Shown here in pieces: positions 40,585 to 50,461 of a stretch of DNA of 64,000 nt. The position numbers and the translations under genes were made by a program. The DNA lies in NCBI GenBank assembly GCA_951813565.1, contig OX638351.1:2208001-2272000 (forward strand), given 5' to 3'. Position 1 is the stretch's first letter, and each line of letters begins with the position of its first letter. Below the pieces are notes generated by a model. The model saw only the letters and a program-made list of their open reading frames with translations. It ran no database searches and was not told the origin of the DNA. Origin of the DNA: an uncultured Poribacteria bacterium. Its GTDB lineage: Bacteria > Poribacteria > WGA-4E > WGA-3G.

Positions 40585-41862
40585 TTACCAATGCGCATGC
40601 ACAGGAGTTTCCCGTGCCTTTTCATACAATTCTGTCCATTCTTTTGTGCCATCGTCAAAAGTCAACTCAAGACGCGCGCCTTCAACGTAAGCATCTCCGT
40701 TTCCAGCGTTGAAATAACTCAAGCCATCGCCTACCATGTGGATACAACTTCCATCCGGATAGACTGCTGTTTTGATTATCCGTGGATGTGGGTGAATGGT
40801 ATAACCGTCAGCATCTAATTTTTCAGCAGGGACATGGAATTTCTCAATCGCAGCTTCGTCAACCTCAACGCCTAATCCGGGTGCATCGGGAACGGTATGG
40901 CAGCCCTCTGAAACTTCTATCGATTTCGTAAGCAGATGTTCACTATAGAGATTGAGACATGTGATCGCGGGCCAGGTTGCATGCGTAAGCACACTTCCAA
41001 GATGTGCAGCCCATGTCGTTGTTAATCCATTGCCGACGATTTGTAGCCAGAACGGCATATCAGCAGCTGCACTAAGATATCCGTCGTACATCGTCCGAGA
41101 TTTACCGCCACCGATGACAAAACCGTTGCATACATCCTCACGAATGCATGTGGTATAGGGTGGAGACCCGAAGTGCATCGCAATCGGACAATCAATTGCC
41201 TGCCGAATCTGTTTGTTGCCCTCTACATCCCCTTGCGGAATGGGCGATTCAAAAATTGCTACGTTCGGATGGGCCGCAAGTTTCCGCAATATCGGAATAG
41301 CAGTATCAGCATCGCGCAAGGAACCGTTCGGATCTAAATCAAGTTTGAAGTCAGCAGGCACAACTTCTGCAACAGCCTCTACCTGCTTGACGATATCCCA
41401 CCATGGACGTGGTTTGTTTTTGAAACTGGTATAGCCTTTTTCAACAGCATCTGCTGCTTCTGCCGCCCAATTTTCAGGTGATGAATCAATGCTCCACCAT
41501 GAAATAGGCACAGCCTCACGACACTGTGTGCCGAGGAGTTGATAAACGGGTACCTCCAAGATTTTGCCGACAACATCAAAGAGTGCCATCTGCAGCCCTG
41601 CACCGAGTGAGTCGTCGTTCATGTGCTCAGCGGGACTTTGCCCAAGCACACGTTCGACACTGGAGTCGCTGACACGCGAATAGGTGTAGTGAATGACCGT
41701 CTCACCCCACCCGACATGTCCGGTATCAGTCGTTACTTTGCATAGTTCAAGAAGTGACCAGTTGTAAACAGTTGAAACGCTTTGTGTGGTAATTTCTTGT
41801 TGGCGTGGTGTAAAGGGGACATCAACAAGGACACGTTCTATATTTGTGACTTTCATAAGCAA
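40585..41862 (-). CDS. Mandelate racemase/muconate lactonizing enzyme family protein
   Basis: 'GHVGWGE', 'QMALFDVVGK', 'SFKNK', 'LDPNG', 'FESP', 'PDAPGLGVEVD'. Confidence 0.88.
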   Translation of the reverse strand: MLMKVTNIERVLVDVPFTPRQQEITTQSVSTVYNWSLLELCKVTTDTGHVGWGETVIHYTYSRVSDSSVERVLGQSPAEHMNDDSLGAGLQMALFDVVGKILEVPVYQLLGTQCREAVPISWWSIDSSPENWAAEAADAVEKGYTSFKNKPRPWWDIVKQVEAVAEVVPADFKLDLDPNGSLRDADTAIPILRKLAAHPNVAIFESPIPQGDVEGNKQIRQAIDCPIAMHFGSPPYTTCIREDVCNGFVIGGGKSRTMYDGYLSAAADMPFWLQIVGNGLTTTWAAHLGSVLTHATWPAITCLNLYSEHLLTKSIEVSEGCHTVPDAPGLGVEVDEAAIEKFHVPAEKLDADGYTIHPHPRIIKTAVYPDGSCIHMVGDGLSYFNAGNGDAYVEGARLELTFDDGTKEWTELYEKARETPVHAHW

Positions 41863-41896
41863 ATTCCTTTTACGGTAGGGAAGATAGGTTCTATCT

Positions 41897-43172
41897 CTAC
41901 CTGTTCTTCTTACTTTTTTTAGAATACCTTTTTAATTTATTTTGCAGTGTCCGCAGACTAATTTGCAATATTCCTGCCGTTTTTGTGCGATTTCCTTCCA
42001 TCTGGTCTAAAGTTTTCAAGATAAACGTTTCTTCTACCTGTTTCATCGGTATTCCAATAGGGAGTGTGAGTGTTTGTTCTTCTTGGGGTTGTTTTTCTTC
42101 TGGCAAGTCAATATTTTGTACTTGAAAAGTCCGAATTTCTGCAGGTAGGTGTTTAGGTAAAATCTCTTCTCCTTTGGCAAAAAGGACAGCGTGACTCATG
42201 ACGTTTTCAAGTTCCCGTACATTCCCGGGCCACGCTTAGTTATGGAGTAGGACAAGTGTTTGCGGTGCAATTTTGTGTTTGGTCGCTCGGGTTCTTGACT
42301 ATATTTTAGTAAAAAGTGTTTTGCCAAACTATGAATATCTTTTTTTCGCTCCCGCAATGGCGGCAGGTGAATGTAGATCACTTTCAACCGATAGTAGAGG
42401 TCATCACGAAACGTTCCATTTTCAACATCTTTCTGAAGGTTACGGTTGGTAGCTGCCACAAGTCGGAAATTTATTGGAATCGACTTCGTGCCGCCGATTC
42501 GTTCAATCTCGCGTTCTTGAAGTGTTCGTAAAAACTTCGGTTGGAGAGACAAAGGTAACGCGCCGATTTCGTCAAGGAATAGGGTGCTATTTTGTGCTTG
42601 TTCAAACCTACCGATACGTTGCGATTTCGCATCGGTAAAGGCACCCCGCTCATGCCCAAAGAGTTCACTTTCTATCAGGTTCTCTGGCAATGCAGCACAA
42701 TTGATTGCAACCATCGCTTTTTCTGATCGGTTGCTGTTTTTGTGCAATGCACGCGCTATCAACTCTTTACCTGTTCCTGTTTCGCCATAAATTAAAACTG
42801 TTGCATTCGTGTTTGCCACTTGCTCTATTTCGGTGAGAACTTTAAGTATCTGTGAACTTTCACCGATAATCTCCGTATAATCCCCGCGTAAGATATTCCT
42901 TGATGTTTGAAGTGTAGCTCCAATCTTTTCTGTTTCTATTCTCGTAGGCGCGCTCAGCATCCACCGGGTATCAGTATTATTCACCGGTCTCAACAAATAT
43001 GCCTCTGGATTTGCGTTTATAATTTGATGTAATTCCTCGCTGTCCTTGCTGGCGATAGAAACTTCGCAACCGGACTGTTCAAGTAGTTTACTTATACTAT
43101 TTAAAGTATCGGATGGTCCCCAACAATAATTATGTGTTTTGGATCAATAGACGGACCTTTTTCGTTTTGCAT
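41897..43172 (-). pseudogene. sigma54-dependent activator (NtrC/Fis family) pseudogene
   Basis: Walker A 'GETGTGKE', 'GAFTDA', 'LFLDE', '[10 protein letters not shown]' and a Fis HTH. Frameshifts near 43120 and 42275, plus an in-frame TAA before AWPGN. Confidence 0.88.
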
Positions 43173-43352
43173 CTTGAATATTTTCCACTTTTCAGCTGTT
43201 CAGTATCTACATGCACTAAAATAACGCAGTTTTAGATTGTTATTTCATCCGATAGCATAGCAGATTTGCGAAAAATGTCAAGTGAATATTAAAAAGATTT
43301 AGTGCGGGAACGGACACAAAAAGTTTGGGAATATGGTTAAATCAACGAAGCA

Positions 43353-43398
43353 CAATAAGATAGGCAGGTAACGCATTGGTTACCTGCCTATCTTATTG
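43353..43398. terminator. 20-bp perfect-stem hairpin
   Basis: caataagataggcaggtaac-6nt-gttacctgcctatcttattg just downstream of 43417. Confidence 0.7.
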
Positions 43399-43416
43399 AT
43401 GTTGCGAGAATACCTT

Positions 43417-43983
43417 CTAGCGACTTGCACTGGCACCAGCACTCTCGTTCGGATCCGCAGCTCTGTTATTGACGTAGCTAACACCGTATGCGTTATAGTC
43501 ATCCATGTCAGGCTCCACCGAATTTTCTTCACTATAGGGAGCATAGGTAGCCCTAGATAACGGTGATGCATAAGGGACTAGTATAATTGTATTTTGGTCA
43601 CCAGACTTTACGGTGCGGAAAATACCAAGATCATCCTTCTTTTCAACTCTTGCGTGCAAATAATATTCACCCCGAGGCCAAATTACATCGGGAGTCATAC
43701 CACTCCACCGCACATACTCATGAGCATAGACATCGGCAGAACCAGATGCTCCGATGTGCCACCCGTTTCTTCCACGAAGAGGGGATTTGGTTATACTCGC
43801 GTTCGCGCCCGCACTCACGGTGGGATGGTTGTTCGAAACATCCGTGGAACTTTCCCATGTTGAGACAGCACCGCTGGGGTACTCAACGTAATCGTAAGTT
43901 GCCTCATACATATGTGACACACCGTGATTGATAAAAATGAGAAATGTGAGCAAAAGCAGGATTGAAAATTGTCTATAAGTCAT
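43417..43983 (-). CDS. Secreted hypothetical protein (S/A/Y/G-rich)
   Basis: AAGGAG RBS before ATG 43983; signal peptide 'MTYRQFSILLLLTFLIFINHGVS'. Confidence 0.7.
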   Translation of the reverse strand: MTYRQFSILLLLTFLIFINHGVSHMYEATYDYVEYPSGAVSTWESSTDVSNNHPTVSAGANASITKSPLRGRNGWHIGASGSADVYAHEYVRWSGMTPDVIWPRGEYYLHARVEKKDDLGIFRTVKSGDQNTIILVPYASPLSRATYAPYSEENSVEPDMDDYNAYGVSYVNNRAADPNESAGASASR

Positions 43984-44021
43984 TATATTTTCTCCTTGTG
44001 TTAAATCTGTGTAAGAATGAT

Positions 44022-44801
44022 TCATTTGTCTAACCCTAAAAACGAGTAGGGTTCAATGCCGGGGTCTTCAGCGTCTAAGTCAATAACTTCAACTCCTGGC
44101 GGAATATAACCGTTATGCATCTGTTCTCGGGTAGGTCTGGGTAAATCTGTCCCAGATAACCATGATGAGATAGCACGTGTAGTGTTTCCATCTGCGTCAG
44201 TAACTGGTGTCCAACGAACATAAACCCGGTTAGGATAGTTTATATAGACCTTTCCATTTTCTAATACGCCACCTCTGACTTGCGTATCACCTTCCTTCCA
44301 TAACTTGAGTGTGACACGTTCTATTAATTCAACACCGCGACTGGCTGGCGGTAACCCATACAGCTCAACCTGTAGCCAAGATGTTGGACCACATTGTGCT
44401 CTATAGTCAGCAGGCACTTTTGGATAGGGTCCAAAACCATAAGGCGACACGCGCACTTCCTGAGTACTATCCTTTGCCTGCGCTTGTTCTGTCAGGTTGG
44501 TAGATGTATCACCGGAGGGAGTGTCTTCTACCTCACCGTCGGTTGTTAGGTTGATAGGTGTCTCTGCGGTAGGCGTTATGCTATCCGCAGCGGTTACATC
44601 AGTCGCCTGTTTCGCCTCGCTATCCACATCGGAGACCTTTTTGGCTATTTCCGATTGGCGTAGCATTTCTTCGGCATCGGCAGCGGCTTTTCTCTCATCT
44701 GCGATATCGTGTTGATACCACAACACACACGCAACGGATAACACAATCAGGAAACCAACGCCACCGAGAAACCATTTGTTCGTAAGGATGTCGCGATACA
44801 T
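44022..44801 (-). CDS. Membrane-anchored hypothetical protein
   Basis: AGGAGG RBS before ATG 44801. N-terminal TM helix, T/D-rich linker, globular C-domain 'SPYGFGPYPKVP'. Confidence 0.75.
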   Translation of the reverse strand: MYRDILTNKWFLGGVGFLIVLSVACVLWYQHDIADERKAAADAEEMLRQSEIAKKVSDVDSEAKQATDVTAADSITPTAETPINLTTDGEVEDTPSGDTSTNLTEQAQAKDSTQEVRVSPYGFGPYPKVPADYRAQCGPTSWLQVELYGLPPASRGVELIERVTLKLWKEGDTQVRGGVLENGKVYINYPNRVYVRWTPVTDADGNTTRAISSWLSGTDLPRPTREQMHNGYIPPGVEVIDLDAEDPGIEPYSFLGLDK

Positions 44802-44869
44802 CTGAGACCTCCTTTTGTTTCTGTTTATCCCACGCACATGTGCGTGGGATATTCGTTGGAAACATATTA

Positions 44870-45880
44870 ACGTGAGTTTGATAATTAAAAACTGGTAAAT
44901 AGAGAACCCCTTTGTTATTATGAAGTATACCAAATACTCACAAAGGAGTTCTCTGATGGATATGATAACACTTTTCTGTGAAATTGACGACTTTTTTCTT
45001 TTGTATGAACAATATCGAGCACAACACCAGTTGCCGGAAATACTCGGCACAGGCAATACACGCGGCAGACCCAGGCGCCTTCATCCGAGCGAAGTCATGA
45101 CGATACTGGTTCATTTTCATCAGAAGCGGTATAAAAACTTTAGAGCCTATTATCAGGATTATGTTTGCTGCGAGTTGCGTTGGGCATTTCCAAACCTTGT
45201 CAGTTATAGCCGTTTTGTGCAGCTCTCACAAGAGGTATTGGTGCCGTTGTCTATTCTTCTAAACACCCGTTTCGGTGAATGTCGCGGGATTTCCTTCATA
45301 GACTCAACGCCTCTCCCGGTCTGCCACAATCGTCGGATTTCAACGCATCGCGTCTTCGCTGATGATGCGGGGCGTTCTAAAACCTCTATGGGGTGGTTCT
45401 ATGGTTTCAAACTCCATCTCGTCATCAACGACCAAGGTGAGCTTTTGTCAGCTATGGTAACAGCGGGAAACGTAGATGACAGGAAACCCGTGCCACAGTT
45501 GTGTCAAGGGCTCTTTGGCAAAGTTTTTGCCGATAAAGGATACATCGCGAAAAACCTGCGGGAGAGGCTCCAAGAAGACGGTGTGGCACTCATTTACAAG
45601 GTGCGTAAGAACATGAAACCTGAACCTTTGTCTCAGGCTGATGCAGCACTTTTACGAAAACGGATGCTCATTGAGTCGGTGAATAAAGAACTCAAAACTC
45701 AGACAGAAATACAACACACACGGCATAGAAGTCCTGTTAACTTTCAAGTGAACACAGTTGCTGCCTTGATCGCTTATACCTGTCTGACGAAGAAACCTTC
45801 ACTCAAACACAAAGAACTCCAGGAAAATGACTATCAGTTGCCAATGATATGTAACTTCTAATTATTTATCAAACTCACGT
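44870..45880 (+). mobile_element. IS982-family insertion sequence with 5-bp target duplication TATTA
   Basis: 15-bp perfect inverted repeats starting 5'-AC; tatta at 44865-69 and 45881-85. Confidence 0.92.
44920..45861 (+). CDS. IS982 transposase (apparently intact)
   Basis: 'LFCEIDDF', 'FIDSTPLPVC', 'GWFYGFKLHL', 'FADKGY', 'RMLIESV'. Confidence 0.93.
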   Translation: MKYTKYSQRSSLMDMITLFCEIDDFFLLYEQYRAQHQLPEILGTGNTRGRPRRLHPSEVMTILVHFHQKRYKNFRAYYQDYVCCELRWAFPNLVSYSRFVQLSQEVLVPLSILLNTRFGECRGISFIDSTPLPVCHNRRISTHRVFADDAGRSKTSMGWFYGFKLHLVINDQGELLSAMVTAGNVDDRKPVPQLCQGLFGKVFADKGYIAKNLRERLQEDGVALIYKVRKNMKPEPLSQADAALLRKRMLIESVNKELKTQTEIQHTRHRSPVNFQVNTVAALIAYTCLTKKPSLKHKELQENDYQLPMICNF

Positions 45881-45884
45881 TATT

Positions 45885-45901
45885 AGCAATTTCCGTGCCA
45901 A
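45885..45901 (-). promoter_or_regulatory. sigma54 -24/-12 promoter TTGGCACGGAAATTGCT
   Basis: Exact TGGCAC-N5-TTGC consensus, facing the gene at 44801 once IS982 is removed. Confidence 0.8.
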
Positions 45902-45945
45902 TTACAAAACATGCGCTGTTGAGGGATTTTATGAATTTCTTTACC

Positions 45946-46130
45946 GTGCATATATTGCACGGCATGCCAACTCTGCACGGTCAATTATGCAAAATTTGCA
46001 TACCTTCAGAGATATTAGCGCAAAATTGGAAAATAATGCCATTTCTATATTGATCGTTTTTCATTAAAACATTGCGTTTGTAGTTGCGCAATTTATTGCA
46101 CTTCTTTTTAGTTATGCGGTACAATTGCAC
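45946..46130. promoter_or_regulatory. Cluster of TGCA-N5/6-TGCA palindromes (putative enhancer sites)
   Basis: gtgcatatattgcac (45946), atgcaaaatttgcat (45987), gcgcaatttattgcac and related half-sites upstream of the sigma54 promoter. Confidence 0.55.
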
Positions 46131-46276
46131 GATTCTGGAATAGAAAAACCGACATCTAAGTATATCTGAAAATTGTTTCTTTTTGTAAGTTTTACTGGTC
46201 AAAAAGGAACAGGCGAGGTTAGAAACCTCGCCTATAAAAAAGTAGTTGGAAGGATGTATCAGAAAAGTGGGTAAAC

Positions 46277-49200
46277 CTACTGATTCGCGCGCTGAAAGCG
46301 GTACACACCGTTCTGTCTTGTACCGATGTAGAATGTATTGCTATCAATAGCGAGGGAAGTTGCCATGTGTGGCACTTCTGGGATAATCTGTTTCCATGTG
46401 TTTGTCTGCTTATCTGCTTGATAGATACCGCTATCACACACACCGTAAGCAGTTTCGCCATCGACTGCAATATAGTCTATCAAAATTACATTCCCATCAA
46501 CATCGGTGAGATCGTGCCATGTTTGCCATGTTTCACCATCGCGTGAACTCATGACACCTATATCCGTTGAAACATAGACAGTTGAACCCGCGAACAGTAT
46601 CTCCTTAAAAAATCCAGGAAATGGTAAGTTTGCAGTGACATCACGCCAAGTGTCTCCACTATTTTGTGACAAGAAAAGCTTTCCTTCCTGTTTACCGACA
46701 TAGACGGTGTTCCCAGAAGCAGCAAGCGTGAAGCCTTCTTGATCTTCCAAATCCAAACCTGTGTCGTGCCACGCCGTTTCGCCGAACCGCCATCTGAAAA
46801 GTTTATGCCTATATACCATGAAGACGGTATCGTCAGTAACCGTAAACGTTCCATTTGTCCTCTGTTCTTCAGCGATCTGTTTTTGTGTGGCAATAGCCAT
46901 CCGCTGCTTCACTACTTTGTCAAGATTCACTACTTTGTCAAGAATAGAGTCAAGATCAGTATCAGGATCGATGTTTATATCGATCCTGATATTGTCCCTT
47001 ATCGTCTTATTATTATTCCCCGATGCTTTCATACGCACTTCTATCCATTCCACCATAAACTGTTTCATCGCTTTGTCAATGTCAACATTAGGATTATTTT
47101 TTATTGCCTCCATACGTTTTTTATCCCATTCCATCTTAAACTGTTTTGCCGCTTTTTCAGTTTCGATCTTTGACTTTTTATCCAATTCCGTTTGTAAGGT
47201 GTCTATTGGAAAATGCGGTACACCTTCAACGGGTAGGAATACATCACCAGCAGCAGAGAGACGAAAGAGTGTGACACCATCAGGTTGACTATTGCTTGCA
47301 TAAAGAACACCATTCGATGCTGCAAATTTCAATTGTGTTCTTTGGAGAAAAGGCAAACCTCTTTCGTGTGTTCTTTTGAGAAAAGGCAAAGCTTTTTCGT
47401 CAGCACTCATTAAGTCAACAGATTCCCAGGACTCCCCACCATCTGCGGATTTGAGCAGTTCTGTAGGTGTTTGCGCTAATAGGACGTTTTTGCCCTTAAC
47501 CAGATTTCGAACATGAGAGTTCACTATTCCAGTCATAAATGGATGCCACGTGACACCGTCATCCGTGGATCGATTTATTCCGCCAGGGCCGATGCCGTAT
47601 AAAGTGTTTTCGTCTAACGCAATAGCAGGAAACACACTAATCATCCTAAGGTCCTCTTCAGGAGCCGTCCATGTTTTGCCACCATCTTTAGACCGTAGAC
47701 CGTAACCAGCCAATATCAGTGTGTCTCCGACTGTAACGACCTCAACAGTACTTCTTAATGAATGTTTGGGGGGCTTCGGCGTAATATCGGTCCAGGAATC
47801 GCCGAGGTCAGTGGAAGAGAAAACTGCTGCGCGAGGTATCCCTCCTCTCATAGGTCCCGGCCCGACCATTGGTCTCGGTCCGACCATCGTCCCAACATAA
47901 AGCCTTTCTTTGGCGGCTGCCAACGATTTGATACCTTGTGATGTCGGCACCGGTAGTTTTTCCCAGTCATCGGTAAATCGGAAAATCCCTTTACTTGTTC
48001 CAATAAACAAGGTGTTGTCAATGGCGAGTGCATCCCAAATGCGGAAAACCATGTTACTAATAAAGGGAGGGGACTGGGGACGAAAATTGGGATTGTCTGC
48101 AGCATCACGATTAGGACGGGTCTTGGGATTGACCGCCTCCAGGACGTCGTCGCCTTGTAAGGCATGCAAGGTATCTCCTATAAATTCCCACGCATGACCG
48201 ACATCCTCAAAACGGAGACGAAAGACATCTGTTGTGAGGACGAGGTACATCGCCGTATCCGTGACAACCAATGCAACGGCATGCCCTTCTGGGCGTCTGC
48301 CGAGGTTGTCCCATGTCTTACCTTCATCAATTGAGGCTAAGATTTCATAAGGTGTAAGGAGATAAAGGGTGTCGTCGCGTTCCGCCATAATCCCTTCATA
48401 AGCACCGGAACTGACAAGTGTCCACGCGTCTGTTTTCTCTGTGAGTTTATAAAGTTCTGTTCTTGTAATCGCGTAGAGGGTTTGGTCGGACGTAAGAAAG
48501 AGTTTTGCGCCTGAAACACCAAGACCTCCTGGTCCCTTTGTCTGAATCCATTCAGATTTTGCTGCTGGAAGATCGGTCTTTTCCTCTTGCGCAGCTGCGA
48601 AAAGCAATGATGCCGCTTGGAATTCAGTTTCACCGTTTCTACCAATTCCATCCAATCTTCCAATTTGGGTCAGTGCGTCGGATTTGCGTTCTAATTCAAG
48701 GACAATAGGCGTGTCAACCAATTCTATTTTCACCTCCGATGCCACTGCCAAACTGTAGGGTTTCTGGAAACGCGATAAAGCACGAGGTCCCATTCCCACC
48801 ATCAACATAACCAAAAATACCGATGCGAATGAGAGTCCCCACGGTATCCAAGGCTTGCTTACAGAAGTAGATGCCGGTTTGATACGCGCGATTTCACGCA
48901 TAATGTTTTCGGTTAGGGTTGGTGGCAATTGGAAGACGCCTGAGGCATCGTGGAGTAGATGTTCTTGTTTCTCCAATCGCTTGCGGGCGCGGTGGAGCCG
49001 ACTTTTAATAGTATTCGGTGATACGCCCAAGAATTGACTGATCTGTTCGCAGGTCATTTCTGCCAAATAGTGCATCGTTACGACGGTGCGCTCGCTTTCT
49101 GGAAGTTTTTGGAGAAGACGTTTGACAATTTCGCGCTGCTGTCGAATTGATACTGTTTTTTCGCGTTCTACCTCATAACGCGTATAGCATAATTCCTCAA

Positions 49201-49507
49201 GTTCCGCTGTGGGCATAGCGTCCAGAGATTCAGTTGGTTGCTGCTTTTTTCGTTGCCATGCAATACAATGCCGCGAGGCAATGACATATAACCACCCCGG
49301 AAAATGTTGAGGCGGTTTCAAGGTTGATAACTTTTTGTATGCTTTTAGGAAGATATCCTGTGTAATCTCTTCCGCAATGTGAAAATCACCAATCTTTCGC
49401 CATACAAGGGAATGTACCCATTTCTGATATTTGTTTACGAGTTCGGTAAACGCTTTCTGGTCACCCTCTAAAGTGCGCTGAATTAATAGAAAGTCGTTGG
49501 TCTTCAT
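46277..49507 (-). CDS. ECF sigma factor fused to a TM helix and a BNR/Asp-box beta-propeller
   Basis: sigma2/sigma4 motifs, TM 'WIPWGLSFASVFLVMLMVGMG', repeated 'SxDxGxTW' boxes. Confidence 0.9.
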   Translation of the reverse strand: MKTNDFLLIQRTLEGDQKAFTELVNKYQKWVHSLVWRKIGDFHIAEEITQDIFLKAYKKLSTLKPPQHFPGWLYVIASRHCIAWQRKKQQPTESLDAMPTAELEELCYTRYEVEREKTVSIRQQREIVKRLLQKLPESERTVVTMHYLAEMTCEQISQFLGVSPNTIKSRLHRARKRLEKQEHLLHDASGVFQLPPTLTENIMREIARIKPASTSVSKPWIPWGLSFASVFLVMLMVGMGPRALSRFQKPYSLAVASEVKIELVDTPIVLELERKSDALTQIGRLDGIGRNGETEFQAASLLFAAAQEEKTDLPAAKSEWIQTKGPGGLGVSGAKLFLTSDQTLYAITRTELYKLTEKTDAWTLVSSGAYEGIMAERDDTLYLLTPYEILASIDEGKTWDNLGRRPEGHAVALVVTDTAMYLVLTTDVFRLRFEDVGHAWEFIGDTLHALQGDDVLEAVNPKTRPNRDAADNPNFRPQSPPFISNMVFRIWDALAIDNTLFIGTSKGIFRFTDDWEKLPVPTSQGIKSLAAAKERLYVGTMVGPRPMVGPGPMRGGIPRAAVFSSTDLGDSWTDITPKPPKHSLRSTVEVVTVGDTLILAGYGLRSKDGGKTWTAPEEDLRMISVFPAIALDENTLYGIGPGGINRSTDDGVTWHPFMTGIVNSHVRNLVKGKNVLLAQTPTELLKSADGGESWESVDLMSADEKALPFLKRTHERGLPFLQRTQLKFAASNGVLYASNSQPDGVTLFRLSAAGDVFLPVEGVPHFPIDTLQTELDKKSKIETEKAAKQFKMEWDKKRMEAIKNNPNVDIDKAMKQFMVEWIEVRMKASGNNNKTIRDNIRIDINIDPDTDLDSILDKVVNLDKVVKQRMAIATQKQIAEEQRTNGTFTVTDDTVFMVYRHKLFRWRFGETAWHDTGLDLEDQEGFTLAASGNTVYVGKQEGKLFLSQNSGDTWRDVTANLPFPGFFKEILFAGSTVYVSTDIGVMSSRDGETWQTWHDLTDVDGNVILIDYIAVDGETAYGVCDSGIYQADKQTNTWKQIIPEVPHMATSLAIDSNTFYIGTRQNGVYRFQRANQ

Positions 49508-49544
49508 GTGTCACCTCAAAATAAGAAATGTCTTTATTAAGTAA

Positions 49545-49579
49545 TAACGCGTACCGAAGACAAAAAGGTTGCATAAAAT
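49545..49579 (-). promoter_or_regulatory. Putative autoregulatory ECF promoter (GCAACC-N16-GCGTTA)
   Basis: AAC/CGT ECF-type hexamers; -35 block identical to 3272-3287. Confidence 0.65.
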
Positions 49580-49866
49580 GGATTTCTTCAATGAATGCCA
49601 AGGATATGTAACCTTTTATTTGGGAATTTAGCAGAAAAGGTCAATTATAGTGTTTATGTATGATAGGGATTGTTACAGAGGGTATGTTGGGTCTCTGATA
49701 TTACAGTTAATCTCAAGAACCAATACATTTTCTTTGACACAAATATAAGGCGATGGTATGATAAAAAGATAGAATTAGAAAAGATGTGAGGGTTAGTCTT
49801 ACTGGATAAAAACCTGCAGGGCGGAGGCGCGGTGACCTGCCCTGCAAATATGTTTATGGATAGGCT

Positions 49867-50376
49867 TTAGTTGTTTTCAGCACCTTCATTGATCCAATCA
49901 ATAAAGAGTTGGATCTGTTCTCCGTTTAGAGGAGGTCCATTTGGCGGCATTTGGGGTGGCTGAGAACCGTCAATGCGTTTTACAACAAGGCTCCCCTTTC
50001 CATCACCTGCAACAAAAGCGGGGCCTCTATCTCCACCCTTTTTGAAGGTATCATAGGTGGATAGATCAAGGTTAGTGAAATGTCCTGCGACGTGACAGTT
50101 TGCTGTAGCACAACTCTCAGCGAGGATAGGCATAACATCATCCTTAAAGGAAACCTTCGGTTCTTCGGGGACTTCAGGTTCTTCAACAACTGGAGGATCA
50201 ACAACAGGTTCCGTAGGTTCAGGTTCTGTCGTTTTATCACCATCTCCGCTGACCATATCTGTGACTGGATCACCTTCGTCACCACAACCAGTTATAAGCC
50301 CAGCAGTGAGTAAAAGACTAATAGAAAATATGATAAGTAAAACGGAGTAGAAACGATTTAAATTCAAGTGTATCAA
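49867..50376 (-). CDS. Lipoprotein with planctomycete-type cytochrome c domain
   Basis: AGGAGG RBS with TTG start, lipobox-like 'LITGC', 'VSFKDDVMPILAESCATANCH', 'MPP', 'WINEGA'. Confidence 0.8.
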   Translation of the reverse strand: MIHLNLNRFYSVLLIIFSISLLLTAGLITGCGDEGDPVTDMVSGDGDKTTEPEPTEPVVDPPVVEEPEVPEEPKVSFKDDVMPILAESCATANCHVAGHFTNLDLSTYDTFKKGGDRGPAFVAGDGKGSLVVKRIDGSQPPQMPPNGPPLNGEQIQLFIDWINEGAENN

Positions 50377-50461
50377 GTTTTTCCTCCTTTTTGAGAAAAA
50401 CACGCTTGGATAAAGTAGTTTGTTTTATGTATAGCATACCAACAAATGGAGAAGATGTCAA

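Noticed and set aside
44802..45056. N-terminal extension of the 344-aa ORF 44022-45056
   Set aside because: It runs antisense through IS982; a strong RBS supports ATG 44801.
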